Source of the DNA: Acidimicrobiales bacterium
Lineage (GTDB): Bacteria > Actinomycetota > Acidimicrobiia > Acidimicrobiales > SZUA-35
Direction: 5' to 3'
Assembly (NCBI GenBank): GCA_020630195.1
Contig: JAHDBV010000004.1
Location: 6,990 to 70,989, forward strand
DNA length: 64,000 nucleotides
Shown here: piece after piece, positions 63,213-64,000 of the stretch
How the letters are laid out: each line of letters starts with the position of its first letter
How positions within the stretch are numbered: the stretch's first letter is position 1
Notes under the pieces: generated by a model
What the model was told of the DNA's origin: nothing
The model's input: only the letters and a program-made list of their open reading frames with translations
Databases searched by the model: none
Translations under genes and position numbers: made by a program

Positions 63213-64000
63213 CCGGCGAGCAACTCCGCCACGGCGGCCCGAGTGCGCGGGTCGTCACCTCGCCACCCGAGACGGAGTTCGGTGGCGCCGGCATCGACGT
63301 AGGCCTGCACCCCGGCTCGGATGGCCTCCTGATCGCCGGCGACGATGAGCTGCGCCCCCGACTCGAGCCCTTCCCGGTCGAGCATGGCCCGGTAGGCGGG
63401 GAGGTCCTTGTAGAGCCCGTCGGCGGCGGTCGCCTCGGCGATGTAGGTGTCGGGGTCGTCGGTGCAGGCCACCTGGACGAACGCCTTGATCCGGGGAGCC
63501 GGCCGACCCGCATCGGTTGCGGCGGCGGTGATGGTCGGGGTGATGTGAGATCGGATCGTGGCGGGCCCCACGGCCTGGCCGAGAGACGTCCCCGCGGTGT
63601 GCCGCCCGGCGAGCTCGAGCATCCGGCTGCCCATCGCGGCGAGCAGCACCGGGGTGGGTGGAGCGTCGATGGTGAGCCACGCCTTCGTGGTGACCTGTTC
63701 GCCGTCGTGGTCGACCGCGTCCCCGGCGAGCAGGGGCAGGAGACCGGCGAGATGGTCGGCGGTGAACGCCCGCGGCCGGTCGTAGGCGAGCCCCATCAGG
63801 CCTTCGACGAACACCTGGTGGCTCGGCCCGATGCCGAGCACGAACCGGCCGTCGACCGCTGCCTGGGCGGTGCGCACGCTGGCCGCGAGCGCGAGGGGAT
63901 GCCGGCCGTAGAGCGGCACCACCGAGGTCCCCACCTCGGCGAACCCGGTGAGGTCCGCCGCCACGGCCGCGAGTGCGGTGATGGGGTCGAGCCCGAAGAT
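63209..64000 (-). CDS. Luciferase-like monooxygenase (LLM) class oxidoreductase, possibly F420-dependent (5' partial, continues beyond window end)
   Basis: The frame is open to the window edge. LLM-type blocks are RFVLGIGPSH and MLELAGRHTAGT, with a C-terminal ...YVDAGATEL.L. Confidence 0.7.
   Translation of the reverse strand: MFGLDPITALAAVAADLTGFAEVGTSVVPLYGRHPLALAASVRTAQAAVDGRFVLGIGPSHQVFVEGLMGLAYDRPRAFTADHLAGLLPLLAGDAVDHDGEQVTTKAWLTIDAPPTPVLLAAMGSRMLELAGRHTAGTSLGQAVGPATIRSHITPTITAAATDAGRPAPRIKAFVQVACTDDPDTYIAEATAADGLYKDLPAYRAMLDREGLESGAQLIVAGDQEAIRAGVQAYVDAGATELRLGWRGDDPRTRAAVAELLAG

Noticed and set aside
1-64000. CRISPR arrays, tRNA/rRNA genes, insertion sequences, prophage or defence-system genes (nucleases, helicases, methyltransferases)
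   Set aside because: I found no regularly spaced direct repeats and no cloverleaf-like or rRNA-like segments in the few non-coding gaps. I also found no transposase, integrase or phage-like ORFs. This was a by-eye scan only, so small ncRNAs could be missed.

Overview
This is 64 kb of a high-GC (roughly 70% by eye) actinobacterial-type chromosome. It is densely coding, with about 70 supportable CDS. I saw no rRNA, tRNA, CRISPR array, transposase or integrase.

**Layout**
- 1-12.9 kb holds a conserved cell-division neighbourhood: a PASTA-kinase C-terminus, trpG and crgA. It also holds a membrane GGDEF/EAL protein, a 2-hydroxyacid dehydrogenase, an MBL hydrolase, a PAC2 protein, aroC, a ferredoxin and an ArfA-like BON/OmpA protein.
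- 12.9-18.8 kb holds an OmpR-type two-component system. Divergent from it is an operon of lipoprotein, peptidoglycan-binding adaptor and MacB-type ABC transporter.
- 21.4-27 kb holds an HPF-like gene translationally coupled to two ABC-2 exporter operons. One ATPase in these operons is frameshifted.
- About 27-54 kb is the most interesting part, a clustered hypoxia/dormancy-style gene set. It includes:
  - a close DosR/DevR-like NarL regulator;
  - a FixL-like heme-PAS histidine kinase in an operon with a CheY-like REC protein and a REC-HisKA_3 kinase;
  - six universal-stress-protein (USP) genes and two HPF-like genes;
  - a CBS protein, a cNMP-binding protein, a SulP-STAS transporter and PPOX/DUF385 flavin-fold proteins;
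  - PFK, GTP-PEPCK, D-lactate dehydrogenase, a CoA-transferase and DeoC;
  - a multicopper oxidase;
  - a WS/DGAT triacylglycerol synthase with a histone-like PAKK tail.
- GGGnC-N4-GnCCC palindromes resembling the DosR box recur 35-100 nt upstream of several of these operons.
- 54.1-56.2 kb is a small, compositionally atypical islet with a gene remnant and orphan small ORFs.
- 58.1-59.2 kb encodes a GrdB-family protein interrupted by an in-frame TGA exactly at the family's selenocysteine position. A candidate SECIS hairpin follows, and the gene lies downstream of a TauD-family dioxygenase.
- The 3' end holds LysE and EamA exporters, an Asp/Glu racemase, a decayed deaminase pseudogene and a partial luciferase-like oxidoreductase.

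Many long ORFs in the track are stop-free antisense or off-frame shadows of real genes, and I rejected them.
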